Shown: positions 1 to 8,832 of the stretch, piece by piece | How positions within the stretch are numbered: position 1 is the stretch's first letter | Layout of the letters: each line of letters begins with the position of its first letter | Origin: a virus | Direction: 5' to 3' (one strand) | Length of the DNA: 64,000 nucleotides | Virus record (IMG/VR): IMGVR_UViG_3300042868_012479 | Coordinates: 18,524 to 82,523 of that record | Translations under genes and position numbers: made by a program | Notes under the pieces: model-generated | Told to the model about the DNA's origin: nothing | Seen by the model: only the letters and a program-made list of their open reading frames with translations | Database searches by the model: none

Positions 1-1
1 C

Positions 2-493
2 TCAAAGAAGTTTGCCAAGTGGGATCGCGTTGCTAAGACCCTTCGGGACAACCCAGACTTTCCGGCAGACGGAATCCCCGCCATTCTTGGAGATGCAAAC
101 TTTCACCTTGGGGTTAGCGATTACCTTCGCCCAAATGATTATGGCCTGGCAAAGGTCAAGTGGATCGGCACCGGTGTGATGCTTGTAGCAAGGAGCACAC
201 TGCAAAAGATTATGGCAGACAACCCGGATGACAAGACCATGGTGAACGGAAAAATCATTCACGAGTTCTTCCGGTACGACATGGAGTGGGCCGAAAAAGA
301 TGGAGTAAAATACAAAGACTACGCCGGAGAAGATGTATCTTTTTGCAACCTTGCAAGGAAGTCCGGATTCAAGGTGTACGCAAAGCTTGACGCGCTAACA
401 ACGCATGTTGGGTTTAGCTTGTACCGCTTTGATGCTACGGCAGTAGCTCGTCTAAAGAACGTTCCAAGCCAGCTGGAATCGCAGAAGAAGTAA
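2..493 (+). CDS. Glycosyltransferase (GT-A fold), 5'-truncated by window edge
   Basis: Frame open from base 2 (SKKFAKWDRV...). Motifs WIGTGVMLVAR, GEDVSFC and THVG match the C-terminal half of phage GT2-like enzymes. Confidence 0.75.
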   Translation, partial: SKKFAKWDRVAKTLRDNPDFPADGIPAILGDANFHLGVSDYLRPNDYGLAKVKWIGTGVMLVARSTLQKIMADNPDDKTMVNGKIIHEFFRYDMEWAEKDGVKYKDYAGEDVSFCNLARKSGFKVYAKLDALTTHVGFSLYRFDATAVARLKNVPSQLESQKK

Positions 494-929
494 CCCGGGC
501 CTCTTTTAGGGGATAGGCGTATACAAGCCAGTCTGACCTAATCTCTCGACCAGGAAGGTCCTCCCCTTCAATAATAGGTATGTAAGCGCAAACATTTGGG
601 AGCTTTGATAGTTCCCGCAGTGCCTCATGCGCCTTCTCCCTGGTTGTCTCAAGGATTTGATCAGGCTTGGGTATAAGGCCGATCTTTGACCAGCCAATCA
701 TGTGCTCAGAAACGGCATCGCCAAAATCAAGGGCAACAATCATTGGCTGGGGGAGTATTACCGTTGTGAACTCTTCCTCTGCGCGGATTCCCAAATTATG
801 CAAAATAAAAGAAACGCGCTGCTTGCTAATGCCCATCATCCTGCCAATCTCGTTGGCGGTATAGCCGTCTAAGAAAAGCTCGCCGATTTCTAGGTTCCGC
901 TCGACCTTAATGCCCTTACGAACAGTCAC
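435..929 (-). CDS. HTH DNA-binding protein (sigma region-4-like N-terminus)
   Basis: GYTANEIGRMMGISKQRVSFIL HTH; GTG at 929 preceded by GGAGG. Confidence 0.7.
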   Translation of the reverse strand: MTVRKGIKVERNLEIGELFLDGYTANEIGRMMGISKQRVSFILHNLGIRAEEEFTTVILPQPMIVALDFGDAVSEHMIGWSKIGLIPKPDQILETTREKAHEALRELSKLPNVCAYIPIIEGEDLPGREIRSDWLVYAYPLKEARVTSSAIPAGLERSLDELLP

Positions 930-1086
930 CGCACGCCTCCACAGACCCTTCATGCTCCGGGCACACAAAGAAAGCAATCAAGCAGACTTCACATAGGCGG
1001 GAGACAAGGTGCTCGGCGCACGGGTCGCCACAGCCCTCATCTTTCCACTCAAGGTCGTCCAGGGTCACTTCTGTTCCTGTGGTCAT
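916..1086 (-). CDS. Small Cys-rich protein (56 aa)
   Basis: Read manually: MTTGTEVTLDDLEWKDEGCGDPCAEHLVSRLCEVCLIAFFVCPEHEGSVEACGDCS; ATGA overlap with the upstream gene. Confidence 0.6.
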   Translation of the reverse strand: MTTGTEVTLDDLEWKDEGCGDPCAEHLVSRLCEVCLIAFFVCPEHEGSVEACGDCS

Positions 1087-1268
1087 GAGCACTTCTTGTG
1101 TCTGTGGATGTAACGCTTAGTGGCCGAGCCGGCCGCGCTAATAACAATTGACAAAATAGTAGTAATTTCATTAGAAAACATAGGCTTGTCGCAAGACGCG
1201 CAGCGTTGGCCGGTCAGGGCCGGAGCCTTTTTCTCTTTGCTTACCGAAGTTTTACCTTTTGGTGCCAT
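1083..1268 (-). CDS. Small basic Zn-binding protein
   Basis: MAPKGK...CASC...HKKC; SD GGAGGAG upstream. Confidence 0.7.
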   Translation of the reverse strand: MAPKGKTSVSKEKKAPALTGQRCASCDKPMFSNEITTILSIVISAAGSATKRYIHRHKKCS

Positions 1269-1282
1269 AGCTCCTCCAGTAT

Positions 1283-1425
1283 TGGCGGAGGGCAGCAATT
1301 ACGGCCCGGCAGTTCGTCCGTCGACGTACCTTGGCCAATTACTCACCCAACCGACTGGGTTGAACCCCCCGCCTCACCTTGGATCAACGTCCAAGGGCGC
1401 CGTATCGCGGTCGGAAGGCGATACC
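1283..1425 (-). ncRNA. Candidate structured RNA / 5' leader
   Basis: Three consecutive paired domains downstream of TTGACC-N17-TACTTT; loop complementarities (see findings). Confidence 0.55.
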
Positions 1426-1430
1426 AAACC

Positions 1431-1459
1431 AAAGTACCGATACCAATAGTCTGGGTCAA
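1431..1459 (-). promoter_or_regulatory. Sigma70-type promoter
   Basis: TTGACC (1459-1454), 17 nt, TACTTT (1436-1431). Confidence 0.55.
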
Positions 1460-1498
1460 CAAACGCAAAATCTACGCTAGCTGTGGTATAGTCCAGCC

Positions 1499-1726
1499 AT
1501 GAATCAGCACACACCGCCCACGCCTAAGGCAGCGGCAATCTGGTACCTGTGGTCTTCGGCATTTCACATGTCGATGAAGCTTGAGCCGCGATGGCCAGAT
1601 GACCTAGAGCCGTACTCTGTGCAATTTCCCGGAAACTATGATTCGGGAGATTTTGTTCGGCTTTCTGAAGCTGAGGCCCAATGGCTTATTGAAATCAAAA
1701 CTAGGAGGGACCATGGACAGGCGTAA
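1499..1726 (+). CDS. Hypothetical protein (likely leaderless)
   Basis: TGgTATAGT 6 nt before ATG; overlaps the next gene. Confidence 0.65.
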   Translation: MNQHTPPTPKAAAIWYLWSSAFHMSMKLEPRWPDDLEPYSVQFPGNYDSGDFVRLSEAEAQWLIEIKTRRDHGQA

Positions 1727-2369
1727 CCTACTTATTGTGCCCACAAGGAATCGTCCGGAAAGCGCACTAGAGCTTCTTCATGAATTCAATAAAACAGCAG
1801 TGATGTCTGACATTGTTTTTGGGCTTGATGACGACGACGTCAGCGACTACTCTGCAGAAGTCCTTGAGCGCTCCGAGCGCAACCCGAGGCTTCGGATGGG
1901 TGGGACGCTCAACCTTCTTGCAGTTAAGTATGCGGAAAAGTACGACTATTTATCGTTCATGGGCGACGATCACCGGCCTCGAACCAAGAGCTGGGATCTT
2001 CGCCTTGCAAATATGATCGACGAAGGTCCTGGGCTTGCATATGGCAACGACTTGCTTCAGGGGGCAAATCTACCAACAGCTGTGATGATGTCGGCTAGCA
2101 TTGTTGAGGCCATCGGGTACATGGTGCCGCCAGTTTTGGTCCACATGTACATGGATAACTTCTGGAAAGATCTCGGCACGGCGCTTGGCTCGCTCTGCTA
2201 CCGTCATGACGTAGTCATTGAGCATATGCATTACCTGGCCGGAAAATCAACGATTGATGCCGGATACAAAGAGGTCAATCACCAAAGTGTTTATGAAAAA
2301 GACGAAGAGTCTTATCGTAAATATACGGAAAGCCAATTCCAGAAAGATGTAAGGAAAATCCAAAAATGA
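1713..2369 (+). CDS. Glycosyltransferase family 2-like
   Basis: LIVPTRNRP N-terminal strand, MGDDH acidic motif, YMDNFW and IEHMHY; SD GGAGGG before ATG 1713. Confidence 0.8.
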   Translation: MDRRNLLIVPTRNRPESALELLHEFNKTAVMSDIVFGLDDDDVSDYSAEVLERSERNPRLRMGGTLNLLAVKYAEKYDYLSFMGDDHRPRTKSWDLRLANMIDEGPGLAYGNDLLQGANLPTAVMMSASIVEAIGYMVPPVLVHMYMDNFWKDLGTALGSLCYRHDVVIEHMHYLAGKSTIDAGYKEVNHQSVYEKDEESYRKYTESQFQKDVRKIQK

Positions 2370-3241
2370 ATATCCTCATTACCGGACACCGTGGATTTGT
2401 TGGCAGGCATTTTCAGAAGTTTTACGAAGAGCAGGGGCACACCATTCTTGGGGTAGACATCGTTGACTCAATGGACGTGCGAAAATTCTTTAGCCTGGCA
2501 AACCACACAAAGTTTGATCTGGTAATTCATCTTGCTGCAGTCGTTGGCGGCCGGGCGAAGATTGAGGGGCATCCGCTATCGGTTGCCGTTGATCTTTCTA
2601 TTGATGCAGAGATGTGGCAGTGGGCCATTAGGACGAAGCAGCCACGAGTTGTGTACTTCTCCTCATCGGCAGCCTACCCAATAAAGCTTCAAACAAAGCA
2701 GTCGCATAAGAAGCTTAGCGAGTCAGACATTAACCTTAACGACATCAGCAACCCAGACCTGACCTACGGCTGGTCAAAGCTTACAGGGGAATACCTGGCG
2801 CAATTCGCGGAGGCAGAGGGCGTGCGCACGCACGTATTCCGACCGTTCTCCGGCTACGGCGAGGATCAGGCGCTTGATTACCCATTCCCATCATTTATCC
2901 AGCGAGGGAAGAATCGAGATAACCCGTTTGTGATTTGGGGCGACGGAACGCAAACGCGGGATTTTGTGCATATTAGCGACATAGTTCGGTGCGTTGACGC
3001 AGCCGTAAAGCAAGATTATGTCGGGCCCTTAAACATCGGCACTGGTCACCCGACAAGCTTCCAGCAGCTTGGAGAAATGGTGGCTAAGGCAGAGGGCTAT
3101 TTCCCCAAGTTCCAATTCCTCACCGACAAGCCCGAAGGGGTGAATTGGCGGGTGGCCGACATATCCTCTATGCTGAAGCTATACACGCCAAAGATTGACC
3201 TTGAAACAGGGATCAAGCGCGCACTTAGCGCAAGGGAGTAG
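2366..3241 (+). CDS. NAD-dependent nucleotide-sugar epimerase/dehydratase (extended SDR)
   Basis: ITGHRGFVG, HLAA, SSSAAY, YGWSK, WGDGTQTRDFVHISD. Confidence 0.93.
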   Translation: MNILITGHRGFVGRHFQKFYEEQGHTILGVDIVDSMDVRKFFSLANHTKFDLVIHLAAVVGGRAKIEGHPLSVAVDLSIDAEMWQWAIRTKQPRVVYFSSSAAYPIKLQTKQSHKKLSESDINLNDISNPDLTYGWSKLTGEYLAQFAEAEGVRTHVFRPFSGYGEDQALDYPFPSFIQRGKNRDNPFVIWGDGTQTRDFVHISDIVRCVDAAVKQDYVGPLNIGTGHPTSFQQLGEMVAKAEGYFPKFQFLTDKPEGVNWRVADISSMLKLYTPKIDLETGIKRALSARE

Positions 3242-3242
3242 C

Positions 3243-3662
3243 ATGAAGACTGTTGATTACCCAGAACTTGTAGTTGGTGGAATCTCCGCGCCAAGGGGTA
3301 GCTTTGAGGAAGAGTTTCAAGCGATATTCTCCGAGGCCCTCAATCTTCTCATTCGCAAGCAAGCGCGCTACGGAAATACAAACATTGACCAGCTGGGAAT
3401 TCATGGTGTTGTCAGCAGGATCGCGTTTGACAAGGTCTCACGAGCGCAAAAGTTTCTTCAGGGCCGGGTCATTGATGGCAAAGTGGTCCTTGACGAAATT
3501 GATGGCGAGACAGAAGAATCCCTTGAGGACACCTTGATGGACATGGCAAACTATTCTCTAATTGCAATCTCTCTTCTGCGAGGCACCTGGGGAAAGCCAC
3601 TTGCGCTCGGGGAGACTGACGATCTATTCCTAGAGGGAGAATCTGAGGGCGATAGCAAGTGA
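3243..3662 (+). CDS. DUF1599 / nucleotide-modification-associated domain protein
   Basis: RKQARYG..NI, DKVSR and ESLEDTLMDMANYSLIA pattern. Confidence 0.75.
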   Translation: MKTVDYPELVVGGISAPRGSFEEEFQAIFSEALNLLIRKQARYGNTNIDQLGIHGVVSRIAFDKVSRAQKFLQGRVIDGKVVLDEIDGETEESLEDTLMDMANYSLIAISLLRGTWGKPLALGETDDLFLEGESEGDSK

Positions 3663-4093
3663 GCTCTTTGATGACCTTTGACGACCTTGAGCAAGAGCTT
3701 GAACTCATGTTCCCGGGGACTAGCCGAAAAGTTTCGGCTGACAAACTTGCGGAAATTATGCCTAACTTTACGGCCCGAACCATCCAGGCATATATTTATG
3801 GGCACAGGAATATCGTCGACAGGTTCAAAGACGAGTTTATCCAGGTTCTGCAGGCAAAAAGCCCTGAGCGCGCAAGCGTCCTGCGTGAAAGGTTTGCATC
3901 AAGGCCAAAGGACGTGCAGGAAATTGCTTCCAGCGCTCGGCACACAAAGCTGCAAATGGCGATAGATAAGATGTGTATATCTTGCTCTGGCAATACCCCC
4001 GACGACGGCGGCTACTGCTGGGACAAAACCTGTCCGCTTGCAATGTTTACAAAAATGCCGCTACGGCACGAGGTCCCAGATGAAGATTTTTGA
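3659..4093 (+). CDS. Hypothetical protein with C-terminal Cys cluster
   Basis: MCISC...CWDKTCPL; coupled to both neighbours. Confidence 0.7.
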   Translation: MSSLMTFDDLEQELELMFPGTSRKVSADKLAEIMPNFTARTIQAYIYGHRNIVDRFKDEFIQVLQAKSPERASVLRERFASRPKDVQEIASSARHTKLQMAIDKMCISCSGNTPDDGGYCWDKTCPLAMFTKMPLRHEVPDEDF

Positions 4094-4280
4094 AAGCGAC
4101 AAAGAGGACTATTACCTAATTTTTGAGAAAGAACCCAAGACAGGGTTGACTCTTTGGGCCGTATTTGATACAAGTACTCGAACATTTAAGGCAACGGGTT
4201 TTTCTGAGAAGTGGGACGACGCGGCTGTTCATGCTCGTGAAGTCATGAGGGGGAATGCAAATGAAGCCAAAAACCCTTAA
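4080..4280 (+). CDS. Hypothetical protein
   Basis: GAGG before ATG 4080; fits operon packing. Confidence 0.6.
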   Translation: MKIFESDKEDYYLIFEKEPKTGLTLWAVFDTSTRTFKATGFSEKWDDAAVHAREVMRGNANEAKNP

Positions 4281-4608
4281 AACAATGCGTGACGCATTTA
4301 GCATGTCCGGATATTCACGTCGCCCAGATACAACCAAGGAAATCCATAACACGAGCGACGACATCTTGGAATTTGTTGACATGATGGCGCACGTAATTTC
4401 TTTGAAGAGCGCTATTGGCGGCCCATCGCAGGGCATGTGCACCATTCAGAAAAACAAGAAAACCTCAAAGCTGCACATGTATGTCGGCGTTACGATTGGC
4501 TCAGACCATCGAGGCTATGCGGCAAAGCACTCGACCCTGGAGGATTGCGAGCTGGCCGCCTACATGTGGATTAACCAAGTTGCTGCTTCATACCAGGCCC
4601 CGGCATGA
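4255..4608 (+). CDS. Hypothetical protein
   Basis: SD GAGGGG; ATGA overlap with the next gene. Confidence 0.65.
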   Translation: MQMKPKTLKTMRDAFSMSGYSRRPDTTKEIHNTSDDILEFVDMMAHVISLKSAIGGPSQGMCTIQKNKKTSKLHMYVGVTIGSDHRGYAAKHSTLEDCELAAYMWINQVAASYQAPA

Positions 4609-4961
4609 GCGACGTTGTAAAAAGCGCAGTCCTAAAAATGCTTAAAGATCGAGAAAATACCTGGGTGCCCCAAAGCCTTATCCAAAAAACACTAGGTAAA
4701 GATGAGCGTTTTGCCCCGGCAATTGCCCAGCTGCGAAAAGAAGGTCACGAGATTGCCAATAAACATAGCAGCGTAAATGGCAAGCAGATGTGGGAATACA
4801 TGCTTGTAGCACGAAAGACCGCCATAGCTCCAGGGTGGTACTGTAGCTCCTGCAACGGGCGAGTTGCGCCAGCAGATATGCAAGCAAATACGTTGTCAGA
4901 TCGGCACTCAAACAATTACTGTGTGTCGTGTGCGAAGAAGCGCTTATTTACTCTGAGGTAG
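4605..4961 (+). CDS. Winged-HTH plus Zn-ribbon protein
   Basis: IAQLRKEGHEI wHTH-like segment; CSSC and CVSC. Confidence 0.65.
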   Translation: MSDVVKSAVLKMLKDRENTWVPQSLIQKTLGKDERFAPAIAQLRKEGHEIANKHSSVNGKQMWEYMLVARKTAIAPGWYCSSCNGRVAPADMQANTLSDRHSNNYCVSCAKKRLFTLR

Positions 4962-4963
4962 AA

Positions 4964-5299
4964 ATGATAGAAAAAATTGAAGACGTCTTGTACGCTGACG
5001 GGTGGGAAGAGTGCCTTGTTGGGCACGGCACAATCTTTCATGGAAGCGACGGGCCGAAAACCGTAGCCATCTATGACCGAGACAAGATGGTCAGGAAGAT
5101 GGCCCAAGAGATTATTGAGCAGGAGCAGAGCCGCGACCAAGATCAGGCAGAAGACTTTGACCCGTACCTTGAGGCTGACGAATACATCTCGTTCAATGTA
5201 GAGGGGGCATTCATTCAGCCCGGAATGCCGGTATTTGCCACATTTGACGAGCAGGTAGATTTTACTAAGGTAGCTACATGCGAATGCGGGAAATGCTAA
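4964..5299 (+). CDS. Conserved phage hypothetical protein
   Basis: ADGWEECLVG..VAIYDRDKM..EADEYISFNVEGA resembles a common uncharacterised phage family; SD GAGG. Confidence 0.7.
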   Translation: MIEKIEDVLYADGWEECLVGHGTIFHGSDGPKTVAIYDRDKMVRKMAQEIIEQEQSRDQDQAEDFDPYLEADEYISFNVEGAFIQPGMPVFATFDEQVDFTKVATCECGKC

Positions 5300-6279
5300 C
5301 AAAGATTATTGCGGCCATCGCAGTGATGGCAATGGCAACGCCCCCAGTCACGCAGCAGGATGTTGTTTTTTCCGGAGAGGACAACTGGGGTCTTGATCGA
5401 ATCTATCAACCGCAAGGTGACGCCTGGATTGGCGGCAGGCTTTTCCGCAGCGATGGTTTTGATTGGGCCGGAGAGGGCTATGGTGGCGGCATTGTTGTAT
5501 ATGTTGTTGATAGTGGCATAAACAATGACCAGCTGTTCAATGACGTGGGCGCCGGTTTTGCCGCAGTAGGCAAATCTACGGCAGACTGCGGAAATCTACA
5601 TGGCACAAAGGTCGCCTCTCTCATTGCTGGAATTGGCTACGGGATTGCCGAGCAGGCAACAATTATTCCGGTGCGTGTGCTGAAGTGCAACGGGGCAGGA
5701 ACGCAAAGCGCCATAGTTGCCGGACTAAAGTGGATATTAGCGAATGCAGACCCCACAGTATCCGTGGTTAACATCAGCGCTGGCGGATCAAAAAATAAGG
5801 CCATCGACGCCGCTGTAAAGAAGTTAACTAATGCCGGAATACCCGTAGTGATTGCCGCCGGGAACAACGGGTCCAACGTAAACCGCTACAGCCCAGCCCG
5901 GGTAAGCTGCACGGAAGACCTTGCAATCTCTGTTGGCGCATCAACACTTTTTGACCTGCCCTGGACAGGTTCAAATTATGGCGACTGCCTAACCCTTTAT
6001 GCCCCAGGGGTCAGCCTGGTTGCATCCTATGGTGCAGGGGACACAAATGTAAACGGAACTTCGTTCTCTGCCCCATATGTCTCTGGGGCAATTGCTGCCT
6101 ACGCATCCTTTTACGGGATTTCAACGGAAGACGCTTTCTATGAAATGGCAAGCTACTTTGATCCGTCAATCACCATCGCGGCCCGAAGGGACACCACCAG
6201 CTCGGTCCTGCAAATGTTCCCCATTGAAGATGATTGGTCTGGCGATTATTGCTGGGAGTATTACGGTTGCTGGCCTTAA
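5293..6279 (+). CDS. Secreted subtilisin-like serine protease (S8, proteinase K/aqualysin type)
   Basis: Signal-like N-terminus; WGLDRI; catalytic VVDSG, HGT, AAGN and GTSFSAP motifs. Confidence 0.92.
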   Translation: MLTKIIAAIAVMAMATPPVTQQDVVFSGEDNWGLDRIYQPQGDAWIGGRLFRSDGFDWAGEGYGGGIVVYVVDSGINNDQLFNDVGAGFAAVGKSTADCGNLHGTKVASLIAGIGYGIAEQATIIPVRVLKCNGAGTQSAIVAGLKWILANADPTVSVVNISAGGSKNKAIDAAVKKLTNAGIPVVIAAGNNGSNVNRYSPARVSCTEDLAISVGASTLFDLPWTGSNYGDCLTLYAPGVSLVASYGAGDTNVNGTSFSAPYVSGAIAAYASFYGISTEDAFYEMASYFDPSITIAARRDTTSSVLQMFPIEDDWSGDYCWEYYGCWP

Positions 6280-7706
6280 TACCTTCGGGCAGAAGTAAAG
6301 TAAAAGCCAGATCCGCCAAGATCAGAAGCGTAAACAAGCGCATCAACCAAGTCGTCATGAGAGCCGTTTGGGAATGCCATCATTTCGGCCTCAAGCTCAT
6401 CAATGCCCGGAGCATTGCTTACGTGGAAAACCTTCCCCCCCTCATACCGTGCCGCAAGCGCCCGTGAGCGCGTCACCTTATCGCGGTCCGGTCGAACGGG
6501 TCGGGCAGGCAGGGTAGTTGCTGAGAGCATTTCTCGCACAAAAGTGCTTTGGTGCTGCACAGCTTCAATGTTTAACGACTCAAAAAATCGAGGATCTTCA
6601 GACTCCGGGTCAAGCCCCTTGATGGCCAAGAGGCGCTGTGGCCAGCCCATGCGTGGGCCACGTGCGTCATTGATGCTTCCGTCGTTGTTGAAGCCGGTAA
6701 GCCAAGCACGATGGCCCTCAGTCAGCCGGGCCTTCCAGGCCCCAACGATGTAAAGGTTATGCTCAGAATCCTCAACTACCTCTACTGCGGAGGTGTAGTC
6801 GCTTCGTTCGCTAGCTGAGGATGCAAGGTCAACGCCAATGCGCCTAGCGCCTTCTGGGACGCGGTCAACCCGCTTAAACCACTCGTATCGGAAGATGTTC
6901 CCGCCCATCGATGTAACGTCATTCTGAAACTGCAACATAAAGATTGGCGTGCCAAGCTCCATGCGTTTCTGCTCCATGTCGGCGACCGTGTACATTTCAG
7001 GCCAAAGGACTTTGTCCTCCTCAAGGGCTCGGCGCTGATAGTGGGCTACATGCTTGGCGATTAGTTCGGCGTAGAAATCATCCTCGTGCCAACGGGTTCC
7101 GATGTACCAGCGTTTTGATTTTGGCACAAGCATTGGGTCAACAACTTGCCAATACGTGTCGCTAGCTTTCTGCCGCTGCATGGCGGTGGCATTTTCCTTC
7201 ATGCCAACCATGTCGTCCGCAAACAAGATGTCAAGACGCGCGCCAGGCTTGATTGATCCAAGGCCGTCGGCGAAACATGTTGAGTCTTTGCCAAGGTTTG
7301 CTCCCTTTACCGTCCAAACTTCATCAGTCCACTTTGAACCAATAACGCCATCTTGTGCCCACGGAAAGATTTCAGCAAAATGCGGGGACTCAATGAGAGA
7401 TTTAATTGCCCTGGATCGAGCAAGCGCGTCAGACATGACGGCAGTAAGAACCCCAATGCGCACTTTTCCTTTGGTTACCCCAATCATCCGAGCAGCCCGG
7501 TGGATAAGCTGAGTAGTCTTTGCGTGGCCGCGAGGCATCAAAACAAGACCACGGTCGTTCTGGTCAAGGAACTGTTCCATTTCTCGCAAGTGGCGAGGAA
7601 AGACCAGGCCGCTCATATACTCGGCAAACGCAGCATCCGATGTTTGCGCCTTGACGCGCAACCATTCCCGATAGCTATTGTTAACGCTCTTCGGCTGTTC
7701 CATCAA
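6276..7706 (-). CDS. terL: Terminase large subunit
   Basis: MPRGHAKTT (Walker A), LFADD (Walker B), GTRWHEDD, GVDLA and FPNGSHDDLVDAL nuclease motifs. Confidence 0.95.
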   Translation of the reverse strand: MMEQPKSVNNSYREWLRVKAQTSDAAFAEYMSGLVFPRHLREMEQFLDQNDRGLVLMPRGHAKTTQLIHRAARMIGVTKGKVRIGVLTAVMSDALARSRAIKSLIESPHFAEIFPWAQDGVIGSKWTDEVWTVKGANLGKDSTCFADGLGSIKPGARLDILFADDMVGMKENATAMQRQKASDTYWQVVDPMLVPKSKRWYIGTRWHEDDFYAELIAKHVAHYQRRALEEDKVLWPEMYTVADMEQKRMELGTPIFMLQFQNDVTSMGGNIFRYEWFKRVDRVPEGARRIGVDLASSASERSDYTSAVEVVEDSEHNLYIVGAWKARLTEGHRAWLTGFNNDGSINDARGPRMGWPQRLLAIKGLDPESEDPRFFESLNIEAVQHQSTFVREMLSATTLPARPVRPDRDKVTRSRALAARYEGGKVFHVSNAPGIDELEAEMMAFPNGSHDDLVDALVYASDLGGSGFYFTSARRY

Positions 7707-8196
7707 TCACCTGAATTTGATCCGTAAGCTCGCTGGCCCACATAGTAAGACGCTTTGCTAGGTCCTCAGGAGCAAGCGTATCAATTTCATGAATGTTTTG
7801 ATTAATCTGAATAGCAACATTTGTACTCCCTGTCTTGATTTGGGCAAACTCATTGGTATATGCGCCCGTGAGCTTTGCCAGTCGATCAATGACTTCAAGC
7901 TGCAACTTCAGAAACATGGCCTCTTCCTTGGTGCCCCGAGCCCGAGCGGCTCCCCCAGCTGCCATTTTCCCAACCAGGTTTGCCCGCTGTATAAGCTCCA
8001 TGCGGCTAGAGGCGGCATCAGGGCCCTCTTCTGACCATTGCTTTCTAATCACATAAATATGCTTTCGCACAGTTTCTGTAGATAATTGCATCGCCGTGGC
8101 GATTTCCGGCAAAGGCACACCTTGGAGGTGCAGGCCCTTAATCTTCTCCCTTAGAGCAGTTAGCTGCTCAGCGCCTACGCGCCCACGCTTTGCCAT
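7681..8196 (-). CDS. Putative terminase small subunit (HTH)
   Basis: N-terminal HTH (LPEIATAMQLSTETVRKHI), helical core, immediately upstream of terL. Confidence 0.7.
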   Translation of the reverse strand: MAKRGRVGAEQLTALREKIKGLHLQGVPLPEIATAMQLSTETVRKHIYVIRKQWSEEGPDAASSRMELIQRANLVGKMAAGGAARARGTKEEAMFLKLQLEVIDRLAKLTGAYTNEFAQIKTGSTNVAIQINQNIHEIDTLAPEDLAKRLTMWASELTDQIQVIDGTAEER

Positions 8197-8216
8197 AGTC
8201 GTAGTATACTTGCATC
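8197..8216. promoter_or_regulatory. Bidirectional -10 element for two divergent leaderless genes
   Basis: Palindrome AGTATACT (8203-8210) gives TATACT on both strands, each 6 nt from an ATG (8196, 8217). Confidence 0.65.
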
Positions 8217-8465
8217 ATGACTGAAAGCAGGTCCTGTAATTTCTGCGGTGGATCTTCCCCTGATGTTGCCTTTAAGTGTATAAAGTGCAAAAAATACAGT
8301 GACTCGTGCTCATTTCACGGCAAGGAGAACGCAATATGCTACGATTGCCGCCATACGGATGCCCTGGTGCGGACTTGCCTGAACTGTGGGCAACAGATGC
8401 GAGACGAGAAGTGCAAGCTGGTTTGCCAATGTGGCTACTTTGCTTCGTGCTCGGATTATTATTGA
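8217..8465 (+). CDS. Cys-rich Zn-finger protein
   Basis: Multiple CxxC pairs; C-terminal CLNCG..CKLVCQCGYFASCSDYY. Confidence 0.7.
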   Translation: MTESRSCNFCGGSSPDVAFKCIKCKKYSDSCSFHGKENAICYDCRHTDALVRTCLNCGQQMRDEKCKLVCQCGYFASCSDYY

Positions 8466-8472
8466 GGTGTCT

Positions 8473-8814
8473 ATGATTCGAGTGGCAATCACCGGGGGCG
8501 ACCTCCAGCGCATACTTGCAAGGGACTTTGCCCAATACCCAAGCATAAAAGAGGCTTGCGAGCATGCCTGCGCTGAATACGGGCTAACAGCCGAGACCAT
8601 GCGCTGCTATGCGTCCGGGGGCGTGCCTATGAGGAGCCGAGCCTACCCAAAGATCCGAAAACGACTGACGGAAATTGAGCAAGAAGAGGTCACGGCCATG
8701 GTCAGCGTGACCGTGGCAAGCAAAAAGCTAGTTGAGTCTCTTACGGCCCAGATTCAAGCATACGAGACAGCAGCCGATTCCCTGCGTAAGATTAGGGACA
8801 ACATCGCCCAGTAG
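8473..8814 (+). CDS. Hypothetical protein (HTH-like plus coiled coil)
   Basis: SD GAGG; helical C-terminus. Confidence 0.65.
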   Translation: MIRVAITGGDLQRILARDFAQYPSIKEACEHACAEYGLTAETMRCYASGGVPMRSRAYPKIRKRLTEIEQEEVTAMVSVTVASKKLVESLTAQIQAYETAADSLRKIRDNIAQ

Positions 8815-8832
8815 TGCATAGAGGAGTCCCCC

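Noticed and set aside
1295-1330. 5S rRNA or SRP RNA identity for the structured leader
   Set aside because: Only a short GAACUGCC resemblance; the conserved 5S loops and the SRP GGAA/AGCAG motif are absent.
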